The notes under the pieces were generated by a model. That model was given only the letters and a program-made list of their open reading frames with translations, was not told the origin of the DNA and did not search any database. Of a stretch of DNA of 34,048 bases, positions 17,167 through 26,170 are shown piece by piece. Positions within the stretch are counted from its first letter, which is position 1, and each line of letters starts with the position of its first letter. The translations under genes were made by a program, and so were the position numbers. This DNA comes from Defluviitaleaceae bacterium. Lineage in GTDB: Bacteria; Bacillota; Clostridia; Lachnospirales; WRAX01. The stretch spans positions 1-34,048 of the forward strand of contig WQVB01000001.1 in assembly GCA_009781815.1 (NCBI GenBank), written 5' to 3'.

Positions 17167-18822
17167 CTAATCCCATATTTGCACAAACTCGCCATCCACA
17201 TACCTAAAAATATGTCCTTCCCATTGCCCTGACCCTTCATAAGCTTGAGCTATAATCGTGCCATCTCCTCTTGATGAAACAGTGCTTTGGCTACTTAGAT
17301 CTCCCAAAAATGTGTTGCTAACAAACAAATTTTCCACAGGGCACCAAAGCCAATACAACCTTGGGGAATTTCTCATAGTGCCGCCCGTAAACGCAGCCAC
17401 TGCCAAGTCCAAATAACCATCATCATTATAATCCGCAAAGTGAATATCAAAGGTTGGAAGCCTATGCACAGCCCTAGGCGGTTGAGGTGGTGAAAAATGC
17501 GTTTCGTGCAAATTTGTGCGTATATATCGCATTTCTTGTATCAGCTCATCATTGTTATTATAAATGCTAATATTCATTATACGAGGGTTACCGCCCTCTC
17601 TCGTGTCTTCTATTGCCCAAGAATCTACATCGATAAATATAAAGGCACTTCTATCATTTTGGTTCAACCACACAACATTTCTTTCTTGTTGTCTAAGCTC
17701 CACAAACTTGCCATCTCTATAGCCAAAGTGATGGGATACTTGAACACTCCCAGCACTCCCGCTCCAGCTATAGCTCCAAAGTTGAGCATCCTCATCAATC
17801 CAAACCTCCACGCTTCTAAGCAATTCCGTTAGTTGATCGTTAAAAACAAATTGTCCAGCTTCCTTATCCCAAAGCCAATGGTAGTGCTGCCCCCAGCCAG
17901 GGTATCTTTCGCTATGAAAAATGCTAAATAGCCTCATATCCAAATAGCCATTAAAAGTAAGGTCAACAAAAGACAATTGCATCCAATCATAATCAATAGG
18001 GTTAAAATGGGTTGAATATTGTCGCAAACCCGATATTTCTTGCACTAAATGCCCCTCATCATCATAAATCAAAATAGTTACGTCAAACTCTTCTTCTCCA
18101 TAAGTAGATTCGCCAGCAATAGCTATGCGGTGAAAAGTTAAATATATAGCCTCTTCTAAAGGTGCATTGGGGTTTATTTGTATGCGGTCTATAAATGTAC
18201 GTTTTCCTATGATAATATCATCAAATTTGCTTAGCTCAAAATATACAAGTGTATCACCTTTACCAAATATACTAAAAAACTCATCCTCCGTGGCAATATC
18301 CATGCCGATACTCTTGATGAAAGTATAACCATCAAAGGTAATGATGCTACCATGTCCATTGCGAACTAATCTATCGCCCTCTAGGGTGATTTTTTGATAA
18401 TACAAATTTCCTGAATGTCCATCCCACGCTATAAGGCTATAATCACATTCGAGAGATTTAGCAACGCTAGGCACTATCCTTCCATGATGCAAATTCCACG
18501 CTACACTTAAATAGTCCTCAACCTCAATCGCAATCACTTGACCATCTCTAAAGGCATAAACCGCCTCATAAAAATCTCCAAATGGAATCTGACCAAAAAC
18601 AATCAGCTCTGGCGTGTCTGTTTGCCCAAAATCATGCAGCACAAAAAACAAGCTATCGCTTTTTTCTTGATACTCTCGCAAAAAAGCCGCATACGCCCCT
18701 TGCCACGTGGCGTTTTCGACGCCCTCGTCTTCTATGGCAGGATAATCCTCAACAACGCCACCACAAGCCACAAGAAAAATAGCCATAACCAATATGCAAA
18801 AGCTGATAACCCTCTTGTTCAT
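17167..18822 (-). CDS. Lipoprotein of unknown function with an internally duplicated FG-GAP/VCBS-like module
   Basis: The start is set at ATG 18822. The signal peptide MNKRVISFCILVMAIFLVAC has a lipobox. Two ~120-aa modules share IYDDEGHLVQEI/IYNNNDELIQEM, DLTFNGYLDM/DYNDDGYLDL and HWLWDKEAGQFVFN/YWLWCPVENLFVSN. Confidence 0.6.
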   Translation of the reverse strand: MNKRVISFCILVMAIFLVACGGVVEDYPAIEDEGVENATWQGAYAAFLREYQEKSDSLFFVLHDFGQTDTPELIVFGQIPFGDFYEAVYAFRDGQVIAIEVEDYLSVAWNLHHGRIVPSVAKSLECDYSLIAWDGHSGNLYYQKITLEGDRLVRNGHGSIITFDGYTFIKSIGMDIATEDEFFSIFGKGDTLVYFELSKFDDIIIGKRTFIDRIQINPNAPLEEAIYLTFHRIAIAGESTYGEEEFDVTILIYDDEGHLVQEISGLRQYSTHFNPIDYDWMQLSFVDLTFNGYLDMRLFSIFHSERYPGWGQHYHWLWDKEAGQFVFNDQLTELLRSVEVWIDEDAQLWSYSWSGSAGSVQVSHHFGYRDGKFVELRQQERNVVWLNQNDRSAFIFIDVDSWAIEDTREGGNPRIMNISIYNNNDELIQEMRYIRTNLHETHFSPPQPPRAVHRLPTFDIHFADYNDDGYLDLAVAAFTGGTMRNSPRLYWLWCPVENLFVSNTFLGDLSSQSTVSSRGDGTIIAQAYEGSGQWEGHIFRYVDGEFVQIWD

Positions 18823-18837
18823 GCTATATACCCCCAA

Positions 18838-19032
18838 CTGTCATCCCGTGTCAAGCACTCAAGCACGGAACACGTCAATCTAATTTGGAATTTTTGCCAC
18901 TGTAGGAAACGCATTTATGCGTTCCGCATTGCCTTGTTGAAGGATAAAAAGGTGCAAATTCAATAGCGGAATGGATAAATCCATTCCCTACAAGGTCAAA
19001 TTAGATTGGCGTGAGTACGTGATGAGGAGCGA
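18838..19032. repeat. Composite repeat locus H: F3 unit (18902-18991) nested in CGTCAATCTAATTTGG / CAAATTAGATTGGCG arms, themselves inside a split CCCGTG-type hairpin
   Basis: The left F3 hairpin is GGAAACGCATTTATGCGTTCC (compensated stem). The right one is GGAATGGATAAATCCATTCC. Confidence 0.85.
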
Positions 19033-19043
19033 GTAAACCTCCG

Positions 19044-19868
19044 CTACCGCTTTAATTGGTTATACACTTGGCTTTTGGCAAGCCCTCTATCTTTCGCTAC
19101 CTTTTTTAACGCCTCTTTTTCTTCCATGTCTTGCTCTATATAAATTTTTAAATGCTCTTCTAAATCATCTGGAAAGGTTTTGGCTTCTTTAGCCGCCTCC
19201 TCTACAATCACAACAAACTCGCCCTTTGGCGTCTTGTTTTGATAGCTTTCCAAGGCCTCCACCACGGTGGCAAACTGTATCTCTTCAAATTTTTTTGTAA
19301 TCTCTCGCACCAGGGCTATTTTTCTATCTCCTCCAAAGGTATTCAAAAACTCCTCAAGGGTAGATACAATGCGGTGGGGTGCTTCATAAAACACCATGGT
19401 TCTAGTCTCTTTTGATAGCTTTTCAAGCACCTCTCGCCTTTGTTTTTTATCCCTTGGCAAAAACCCTTCAAAAGCATGGGGGTGTGCCTCAAAACCGCTT
19501 AAAACAAGAGCAGAAAGCCCCGCAGATGCCCCAGGGCATATAACAACACAAACCCCCGCCTCGTGGCAAAGGTTTATCAGCTCCCGCCCAGGGTCAGACA
19601 GGGCTGGCATGCCACAATCACTTACCAAGGCTATGTCTGCACCTTCTTCAAGCTTTGACAACAGGTATAACCCCTTTTCGCCTTTGTTGTTTTCATGATA
19701 GCTAGTGAGGGGTTTTTTAATCTCGAAGTGGTTAAGGAGTTTTAAAGTGTGGCGTGTATCTTCCGCCGCTATTAGATCCACCTCAGCAAGCACCCGCAAA
19801 ACCCGCAGGGTGATGTCTTCAAGGTTGCCTATAGGCGTGGCACATATATAAAGTTTTCCTTTAGGCAT
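19044..19868 (-). CDS. rsmI: 16S rRNA (cytidine1402-2'-O)-methyltransferase RsmI
   Basis: LYICATPIGNLEDIT and AAEDTRHT, with a tetrapyrrole-methylase fold. The start is moved to ATG 19868, which has AAGGAGA 6 nt upstream. Confidence 0.9.
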   Translation of the reverse strand: MPKGKLYICATPIGNLEDITLRVLRVLAEVDLIAAEDTRHTLKLLNHFEIKKPLTSYHENNKGEKGLYLLSKLEEGADIALVSDCGMPALSDPGRELINLCHEAGVCVVICPGASAGLSALVLSGFEAHPHAFEGFLPRDKKQRREVLEKLSKETRTMVFYEAPHRIVSTLEEFLNTFGGDRKIALVREITKKFEEIQFATVVEALESYQNKTPKGEFVVIVEEAAKEAKTFPDDLEEHLKIYIEQDMEEKEALKKVAKDRGLAKSQVYNQLKR

Positions 19869-19886
19869 GGTGTTCTCCTTATTGTG

Positions 19887-20074
19887 ATTGCGGATCAAGT
19901 CAGCTAATAAACCTGTTGTTGAGTCGACCCCCTAAGTCGTCATCCTGAGCCCTTGGTCTTCCTGCTGCCGCAGGCAGAAGGGTAAGACTTGACTCAGGAT
20001 CTAATTGGAGGAGGACAAGCCTAGTTGGGTATGCACTATCATACATAGATCCCGTGTCAAGCATGGGATGACGA
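19887..20074. repeat. Composite repeat locus I: F4 half-hairpin remnant plus F1 unit (19939-20072) with the same 38-nt F2 insertion as locus B
   Basis: GTCATCCTGAG[CCCTTGGTCTTCCTGCTGCCGCAGGCAGAAGGGTAAGA]CTTGACTCAGGATC ... GATCCCGTGTCAAGCATGGGATGAC. The track ORF 19900-20097 is a translation of this repeat. Confidence 0.85.
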
Positions 20075-20089
20075 TGTAATACGATAGTG

Positions 20090-20791
20090 CTACCCATGCA
20101 CCACCAACGGCTCTTTAAACTTTATATCCATCAAGCTACCGCCCTTTGTAGCCTGCACCAACACAAGGTTAGGTGCTTCACCCACACGTGGGTGCACAAA
20201 TTGCAATACCTTAGCCGCCAAGCCATATCTCTCAAACAGCGAAAATATCTCCCCCAAGCGGCTGGGTCTATGTATCATATAAAACTTTCCATTAGGCACA
20301 AGCAGGCGAGATGCAGCCTCTATCACATCTTCCAGCTTACACATTACCTCATGCCTTGCTATAGCTTTATGATCGTTCACGCTAGCCGCACCGCCTCCAA
20401 CAGGCATATATGGCGGGTTAGCGGTGATAACATCAAAAGACACCTTAGGGAAGAGGGCTTTGTCCCTTAAATCTCCCTTGACAATAGACAGCTTGCCACA
20501 AAGACCATTTAAAGCCACCGACCGTGCTGCCATGCCTGCCATATACTCTAAAATCTCCACCCCAGCAAAGCTTTCGCCTTTGGTTTTAGATGTAAGTAAA
20601 ATAGGCACAATGCCGCTGCCCGTGCAAAGGTCAAGGTGCCTTTGCCCTTTATGCACCTGGGCAAAGTTAGACAAAAGCACCGCATCTGTGCCAAAGGCAA
20701 AATAATCAGGATGTTGGATGATTCTTAAGCCATCTAGCTGCAAATCATCCACACGCTCGCCATTTTTTAATAGCTCTATGTCAGATATCAT
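20090..20791 (-). CDS. SAM-dependent N6-adenine methyltransferase, YabB / tRNA1(Val) m6A37-type
   Basis: DLCTGSG (SAM motif I) and ITANPPYMP (NPPY motif IV). The position between yaaT and rsmI matches B. subtilis yabB. Confidence 0.75.
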   Translation of the reverse strand: MISDIELLKNGERVDDLQLDGLRIIQHPDYFAFGTDAVLLSNFAQVHKGQRHLDLCTGSGIVPILLTSKTKGESFAGVEILEYMAGMAARSVALNGLCGKLSIVKGDLRDKALFPKVSFDVITANPPYMPVGGGAASVNDHKAIARHEVMCKLEDVIEAASRLLVPNGKFYMIHRPSRLGEIFSLFERYGLAAKVLQFVHPRVGEAPNLVLVQATKGGSLMDIKFKEPLVVHG

Positions 20792-21691
20792 CTATCCCTC
20801 GTCTTTAAAGTGTTTTTTGGCCTCTGTGTCATCTTCAAACACTTCCACCCTTTTGATAATTTTTATTTCCGTAGCGTGGTATTGGTTGATAGACGGGGCG
20901 TCTTTAGGGTTTTTGCGTATGGCTGCACGCAATGTCTGCCTCAAAATAGTTGTAGACACAACCTCCCCCGTGCCGTCTGCCGTTTTTATAATATCGCCTA
21001 CGCTAGGCATTATCTTGTTAAGCTCCGCATAGTGGCTTTCTTCATACTTTAAGCAACACATTAAACGACCGCACACGCCAGATATTTTGCTAGGGCTTAA
21101 AGACAGGTTTTGGTCTTTTGCCATTTTTATAGAAACAGGGTGAAACTCTGGCAAAAACGTAGCACAACACAAAGTGCGGCCACACACGCCAATACCGTTT
21201 AAAAGCTTTGATTCATCCCTAACGCCTATTTGACGCAGCTCTATCCTCATTCTAAAAACGCTTGCAAGGTCTTTTACAAGGTCTCTAAAGTCTATCCTAC
21301 CATCTGCCGTAAAATAAAAAATAATTTTAGTAGCATCAAAAGTAAGCTCAACATCAATCAGCTTCATGTCAAGCTTGTGCTTTGCCACTTTTGTTATGCA
21401 GGTTTCAAGGGCTTCTTTTTCTCGTTTTTTGTTGGCTGCAAGGGTCTCTAAATCTTTATCACAAGCAATGCGAACAATCTTGCGTAAAGGCAAAAAGGCG
21501 TCTTCTTCCCTCACCTCTTTGTTTTCTATCTCACATATGCCATATTCTAAGCCCCTTACAGTCTCGGCTATAACGCCTGCACCTCTCTCGAGCTTTAAAT
21601 GCCCCTCAAGGTCTGTTTTAGGGTCAAAGTAATATACCTTGCCAGCAGGCTTAAAGCGAATGCCCACAACCTCTATCATGTTTTGTTTCAT
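20792..21691 (-). CDS. ricT: PSP1-domain stage 0 sporulation / RNase Y regulator protein RicT (YaaT)
   Basis: PSP1 C-terminal domain with Cys motifs GVCGRTLCCATF and GVCGRLMCCLKYE. It lies downstream of holB. Confidence 0.9.
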   Translation of the reverse strand: MKQNMIEVVGIRFKPAGKVYYFDPKTDLEGHLKLERGAGVIAETVRGLEYGICEIENKEVREEDAFLPLRKIVRIACDKDLETLAANKKREKEALETCITKVAKHKLDMKLIDVELTFDATKIIFYFTADGRIDFRDLVKDLASVFRMRIELRQIGVRDESKLLNGIGVCGRTLCCATFLPEFHPVSIKMAKDQNLSLSPSKISGVCGRLMCCLKYEESHYAELNKIMPSVGDIIKTADGTGEVVSTTILRQTLRAAIRKNPKDAPSINQYHATEIKIIKRVEVFEDDTEAKKHFKDEG

Positions 21692-21706
21692 TAGACCTCC
21701 ATCTAT

Positions 21707-22633
21707 CTAAACTGGGCTTAAAATGCCCAACAGCATAGTCTCCATACAAAGCAAAAAATTGCAATTGGTTTTTAACTTCTCTTCCGTGTCTATTATGATT
21801 TTTATTTTTGCCAAAATATTAGACGCACCTTGCCCATTGCGGGCATGCTCCACCATCTGGCCTCTATAGTGGTTTTTTAAAACCTCTAAAACATCAAATA
21901 TATTGTCTTTATATTGCTCCATATCTTTAGCTGTTTTAAAAATTTCCACTATATCTTTTTCGCCGCCTTTGGCCACATCAACCACCCAATTATACATTTG
22001 GATGAAATCTTCATCTATAGCCATTTTTATAGCTTGCCCCATATAGCCCTTTGACAAACTTATGGCCGCTTTGGCTTTTTCACCATCTGCACCCATTTTT
22101 TCAAGATGCTCTCTCACAACCTCACTCCCAAGGGGGGCTGTTTGATATTTTATACAACGAGACAAAACAGTAGGCAAAAAGCTAGCTATATTTTCCGTTA
22201 GCAACAAAAATATAGTGTGCTTTGGGCCTTCTTCAAGGGTCAAAAGCATTGCGTTTTGGGCGGCGGGGGTCATTTTGTGTGCATCTTGTATAATATATAC
22301 ACGATATTTGCCGTGGGGGGATATAGACAAACCCTCAAGCACCTGCTCACGCACCTCACCCACACCAAGGGTGGCTTTTTCGCTTTTGATATATACAATA
22401 TCGGGGTTGTTGCCGCTGTCAAATGTTACACAAGGCTTGCAAGCACCACAAGCTAAGCCCTCTTTGGGCTTTGCACAAACAATGCTTTTGGCAAAGGCAT
22501 TGGCTAATGTTTTTTTGCCGCTACCTTTAGAGCCCGCTATAATGTAAGAATGATGCAAGCGGTTTAAGCCTATAGATTGCACCATAGACCGCTTCACCAT
22601 CTCATTACCTAATATGTGGTCAAAGCTATGCAT
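21707..22633 (-). CDS. holB: DNA polymerase III delta' subunit HolB
   Basis: HSYIIAGSKGSGKKT, the Zn module CGACKPC, and TVLSRC (SRC motif). 308 aa. Confidence 0.9.
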   Translation of the reverse strand: MHSFDHILGNEMVKRSMVQSIGLNRLHHSYIIAGSKGSGKKTLANAFAKSIVCAKPKEGLACGACKPCVTFDSGNNPDIVYIKSEKATLGVGEVREQVLEGLSISPHGKYRVYIIQDAHKMTPAAQNAMLLTLEEGPKHTIFLLLTENIASFLPTVLSRCIKYQTAPLGSEVVREHLEKMGADGEKAKAAISLSKGYMGQAIKMAIDEDFIQMYNWVVDVAKGGEKDIVEIFKTAKDMEQYKDNIFDVLEVLKNHYRGQMVEHARNGQGASNILAKIKIIIDTEEKLKTNCNFLLCMETMLLGILSPV

Positions 22634-22962
22634 TACACTCTCTTAAACTCAGCCACATCAAGCACAAAAATCGTAGCTCCGCCAACAACAACCTCAACTG
22701 GGTATGGCACATAGTTTTCAGCAGTTGAAAGGTGGGCAGAGTTAATAGACGTTATCTGCTTTCTCGATTTACACTTCTTTTCAATAACGCTTACAAGCTC
22801 TTGCACACGGTCATCCTCCACACCACAAATCATAGTAGTGTTGCCTGAACGTAAAAAGCCGCCTGTAGACGCAAGCTTGGTTATTTTAAAGCCCTCTTCA
22901 CTTAAAATATCTATAATTTGAAAAGCATCCTCATCGTGCATAATAGCCATTACTAATTTCAT
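22633..22962 (-). CDS. darA: PII-like cyclic-di-AMP receptor DarA (YaaQ/PstA family)
   Basis: 109 aa, of the MKLVMAI..D.DA......L...GF..TKL.STGGFLR.GNTT type. It lies between tmk and holB, as in Bacillus. Confidence 0.85.
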   Translation of the reverse strand: MKLVMAIMHDEDAFQIIDILSEEGFKITKLASTGGFLRSGNTTMICGVEDDRVQELVSVIEKKCKSRKQITSINSAHLSTAENYVPYPVEVVVGGATIFVLDVAEFKRV

Positions 22963-23040
22963 AATAACTTCCTCCTTGTTATATGTCGTTGTAAACCTTT
23001 AACTTCCATCATTAGATTCCTTGGCAAAGCAGCACTCCAC

Positions 23041-23147
23041 TATCGTCATCCTGAGCTTGACTCAGGATCTAATTAGAGAAGGGCACTCCTAATTAGGGTA
23101 CGCACTATCCCACATAGATCCTGAGTCAAGCTCAGGATGACGAGTAG
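23041..23147. repeat. Family F1 unit overlapping the 3' end of tmk
   Basis: GTCATCCTGAGCTTGACTCAGGATC, spacer CTAATTAGAGAAGGGCACTCC...CCACATAG, then GATCCTGAGTCAAGCTCAGGATGAC. The tmk stop codon (23089-23091) lies in the spacer. Confidence 0.9.
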
Positions 23148-23775
23148 GTAATAGCCCATCTATATATTTTTTTATTTCCTCATGTATTTTATCCACTGCC
23201 ATCATAGCATCAACGGTTACTATCTTATCGTCTTCTTCTGCCAGCTTTTTATACCCCAGCCACACCTTTTCGTGATATTCGATACCCTTTTCTTCTATTC
23301 TATCAAGGGCTTCTTGCTCCACTTTTCTTTTTAAGCCCTCTTTAGGGTTAATGTCTAAAAAGATGGTGGCATCAGGCGTCAAGCCTTCTGTTGCAAAGTT
23401 GTTAATATATTTTAAATTATCAACATCAAGCTGCCCTGCATAGCCTTGATAAGCAAAGGTAGACATTGCAAACCTATCACACAATATAATATAACCCTTG
23501 CTAAGGTGAGGCTTAATAAAATCCGCAATAAGTTGAGCTCTGGCAGCAAAGTATAAAAGGCTCTCTGTCTCGGCTGTCATGGCGGCGTTTTTTTTGTCTT
23601 TTAAAATGCCTCGTATAGCTTCAGATATAGGGTTGCCCCCAGGCTCACGAGTAACAATAACATTATGACCAAGGCTTGATAGATATTCAAAAAGCATCTG
23701 TATTTGAGTGCTTTTGCCAGCACCCTCGCCACCTTCAAAAACTATAAAGATTTTAAGCCCCCCTCTCAAAGACAT
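23089..23775 (-). CDS. tmk: Thymidylate kinase; last ~18 codons are encoded by repeat DNA
   Basis: P-loop FEGGEGAGKST, DRF motif (CDRFAMST) and the LID region. The start is tentatively ATG 23775 (MSLRGGLKIF...). The C-terminal RHPELDSGSMWDSAYPN is a translation of the F1 unit. Confidence 0.85.
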   Translation of the reverse strand: MSLRGGLKIFIVFEGGEGAGKSTQIQMLFEYLSSLGHNVIVTREPGGNPISEAIRGILKDKKNAAMTAETESLLYFAARAQLIADFIKPHLSKGYIILCDRFAMSTFAYQGYAGQLDVDNLKYINNFATEGLTPDATIFLDINPKEGLKRKVEQEALDRIEEKGIEYHEKVWLGYKKLAEEDDKIVTVDAMMAVDKIHEEIKKYIDGLLPTRHPELDSGSMWDSAYPN

Positions 23776-23787
23776 ATACATAGCTCG

Positions 23788-23816
23788 ATTATACCACAAC
23801 AAAAATATTTTGTCTA
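23788..23816 (-). promoter_or_regulatory. Putative sigma-A promoter of the tmk-yaaQ-holB cluster
   Basis: Minus strand reads TAGACA (23816-23811), 17 nt, then TGgTATAAT (-10 at 23793-23788). It ends only about 7-13 nt before the candidate ATGs. Confidence 0.4.
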
Positions 23817-23823
23817 CATATCC

Positions 23824-24152
23824 ACCCCTAAGTCGTCATCCTCATCTCACGTCAATCTAATTTGGAACTTTTACCATTGTAGGGAACCCTGAATCAAGTT
23901 CAGGGCAGGCTCCTTTATGCGTTCCGCCTTGTCTCTCTGAAGGATAAAAAGGTGCAAACCCAATAACGGAATGGATAAATCCATTCCCTACAAGGTTAAA
24001 TTAGATCGACATTTCCCGTGCTTGACATGAGATTTATGTGGGTTAGTTCATATCCTAATTAAGGCTGCCCTTCCCTAATTAGATCCTGAGTCAAGCTCAG
24101 GATGACGACTTGGAAGGGTTGAGTGGCGTTTCGCTACAAGTCTAATGACGTG
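23824..24152. repeat. Composite repeat locus K: F3 unit (23879-23991) carrying an inserted CCCTGAA-TCAAG-TTCAGGG hairpin, a degenerate F1 unit (24012-24106), and a GCTACAAGTCTAATGACG fragment
   Basis: Direct reading. Outer arms are CCTAAGTCGTCATCC (23827-) and GGATGACGACTTGG (-24113). Confidence 0.85.
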
Positions 24153-24214
24153 CTTAAATAATCGTCAAATGACGGCTTGACATAAACAAGCAATAAAATT
24201 TTTAAAATTACATA

Positions 24215-24272
24215 TTGACAATGTAAAGATACCGTGCTATAATCTTTACATCATAAAGTTTACATTGTAAAG
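24215..24272 (+). promoter_or_regulatory. Consensus sigma-A promoter with three TetR-type operator half-palindromes
   Basis: TTGACA (24215-24220), 17 nt, TATAAT (24238-24243). The motif TTTACA-N3-TAAAG recurs as ACAATGTAAAG (24218-24228), CTTTACATCATAAAG (24244-24258) and TTTACATTGTAAAG (24259-24272). Confidence 0.7.
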
Positions 24273-24286
24273 TTAGGGGGATAAAT

Positions 24287-24868
24287 ATGAGCAATAAAAC
24301 ATATCATCACGGTGATTTACGCACAGCCATGATAGAAAAAGGTCTTGAAGCAATAAGTGAAGGTGGCGTTAAAAACCTATCACTACGAAAGGTGGCGTCT
24401 GCCTGCGGGGTAAGCCACGCTGCACCCTATAGCCATTTTAAAAACAAAAAAGAGCTGCTCGGGGCAATAGAAAGCCACATAACAGCCCAGTTTACCCACA
24501 TGCTTAAAGAGGCAGCAAAGGGCAAAAGCAACACGCCAGAAGCACTTTTAGAAATAGGCTGTGCCTATGTGTTGTTCTTCATCAAAAACCCTCAATATTT
24601 TGAGTTTATATTTGACCATTCAGAGATATCCGTAGGGGGTGGCCATGTATATGAGCCTTATGATTTTTTTAAAGATTTTATGGAAAAAACACTTGATAAA
24701 CTTGGGCATTCAAAAGAAGATTATTCTAAAACTTTAATAGCTCAATGGGCTATGATGCAAGGCTTAGTCCACATTTTGACTAGGACAACCATAAAAAATG
24801 GCCCCCCTTTAGAAGAGATTGTTAAAAGCCTTTTATCAAAAAACTACATGATTTTCCCGCAAGGCTAG
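24287..24868 (+). CDS. TetR/AcrR-family transcriptional repressor
   Basis: N-terminal HTH LSLRKVASACGVSHAAPYSHFKNK. 193 aa, directly upstream of an MFS transporter. Confidence 0.9.
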   Translation: MSNKTYHHGDLRTAMIEKGLEAISEGGVKNLSLRKVASACGVSHAAPYSHFKNKKELLGAIESHITAQFTHMLKEAAKGKSNTPEALLEIGCAYVLFFIKNPQYFEFIFDHSEISVGGGHVYEPYDFFKDFMEKTLDKLGHSKEDYSKTLIAQWAMMQGLVHILTRTTIKNGPPLEEIVKSLLSKNYMIFPQG

Positions 24869-24883
24869 AAGGAGGTTTACATT

Positions 24884-26125
24884 ATGCTTAAATTATTTAA
24901 AGAAAATAAAATGTTTCGTGTGTTTTTGGCCTATCAAGCCTTTTCAGGCCTAGGTCAGGGTATGTTTCAACTTTTTATATTGCTCTCAGTTCATCTTATC
25001 TATCAAAACCCTATATACACAGGCATTGCGGGCTTTTTAATGGCAGGCCCCAGCATCCTCTCTTTTGTTATAGGGCCTATTGTGGATAGAAAAAACAAAG
25101 TAACTATAATGCGTTTAACCTCAGTTTTAGAGTTTTTATCGGTAGCTCTTTTAGCCTTTGTACCTTTTCAAGAAAATTTTGGAGTTTGGTTTATGTTTAT
25201 GGTTATCCTCATCTTTTCTCTATCGTCTCTTTTTGAGGTGCCATCATCCAACGCCCTGCTCCCCCAAATTGTTCATGAAGATGATATAATGAGGGCAAAC
25301 TCCCTCGTTAACATCGCAGCCTTAACAGGCGGCATTGGCATAGCTACACTGCTGTTTGTATCTTTAAGAGGAGGAGAGGTAGATTTCAGCCTTCTATTCG
25401 GCTTTTCATCAGCCTTTATAGCCATAGCCTTTATCTTTTCACTATTTTTGAGAGACTCCTTGGCAAAAAAGCCACAAAGCCCACAAAAGCCACCTAAAAA
25501 CTATCTAAAAGATTTAAAAGAAGGTGCAAAGTTTCTCAAACAAAACATCTTGCTATACATAGTTATAGCCGCCGTGGCAAAAAACTTTGTTATACAAATA
25601 GCATCGGTAAATACGCCTATGTTCGCCGAATATCACGTAGGTGCAGATGGTTATATCTTGCTCACTTTAATGGGCTTAATAGGCGGCATTGCAGCCTCAT
25701 ATTTTGTAGGCATTTTTGGCAGCAGGCTTAAGGTGGGCAAGCTTATCTTTGTTTTGTTTGCCATCGCTGGTATGGTGCGTGTGGTTTTTGCCCTTGTTTT
25801 GCCCCATCATTATATAGGCGGTCTTGCCGTTTTGGTTTTATACGCAGCCCTTGGTGGCTCTCTCAACATTGTTTTTCAATCCCTACGCCAAAAGCTCCCT
25901 CCAAAAGACATGGTCGGCCGCATAGAGACAATCTCCACAACCCTTTCTGCCGTGTTTCTCGCCATCGGTGCTTTGATAGGTGGCTTTTTAGGTAATGCTT
26001 TGCCCGTTGTAGACCACATCTTTATATACCAAGGCATAGCCTACACAGTTATCGGCATTATCGTCATCCTCGTGCCAAAAATAAGAAAGCTGCCTAAAAT
26101 GAATGATATTCAAAAAGAAGATTAA
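24884..26125 (+). CDS. MFS transporter (probable efflux pump)
   Basis: 413 aa with about 12 TM segments. GGAGG lies 8 nt upstream. It is translationally close to the TetR gene. Confidence 0.8.
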   Translation: MLKLFKENKMFRVFLAYQAFSGLGQGMFQLFILLSVHLIYQNPIYTGIAGFLMAGPSILSFVIGPIVDRKNKVTIMRLTSVLEFLSVALLAFVPFQENFGVWFMFMVILIFSLSSLFEVPSSNALLPQIVHEDDIMRANSLVNIAALTGGIGIATLLFVSLRGGEVDFSLLFGFSSAFIAIAFIFSLFLRDSLAKKPQSPQKPPKNYLKDLKEGAKFLKQNILLYIVIAAVAKNFVIQIASVNTPMFAEYHVGADGYILLTLMGLIGGIAASYFVGIFGSRLKVGKLIFVLFAIAGMVRVVFALVLPHHYIGGLAVLVLYAALGGSLNIVFQSLRQKLPPKDMVGRIETISTTLSAVFLAIGALIGGFLGNALPVVDHIFIYQGIAYTVIGIIVILVPKIRKLPKMNDIQKED

Positions 26126-26170
26126 TGCTCACCTTATTTAATCTTTATTGTTAGCAGATAACCCTAATTT

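Noticed and set aside
19900-20097. 65-aa minus-strand ORF (..HPMLDTGSMYDSAYPTRLVLLQLDPESS..)
   Set aside because: It lies entirely within repeat locus I. The same peptide-like strings arise wherever F1 units are translated.
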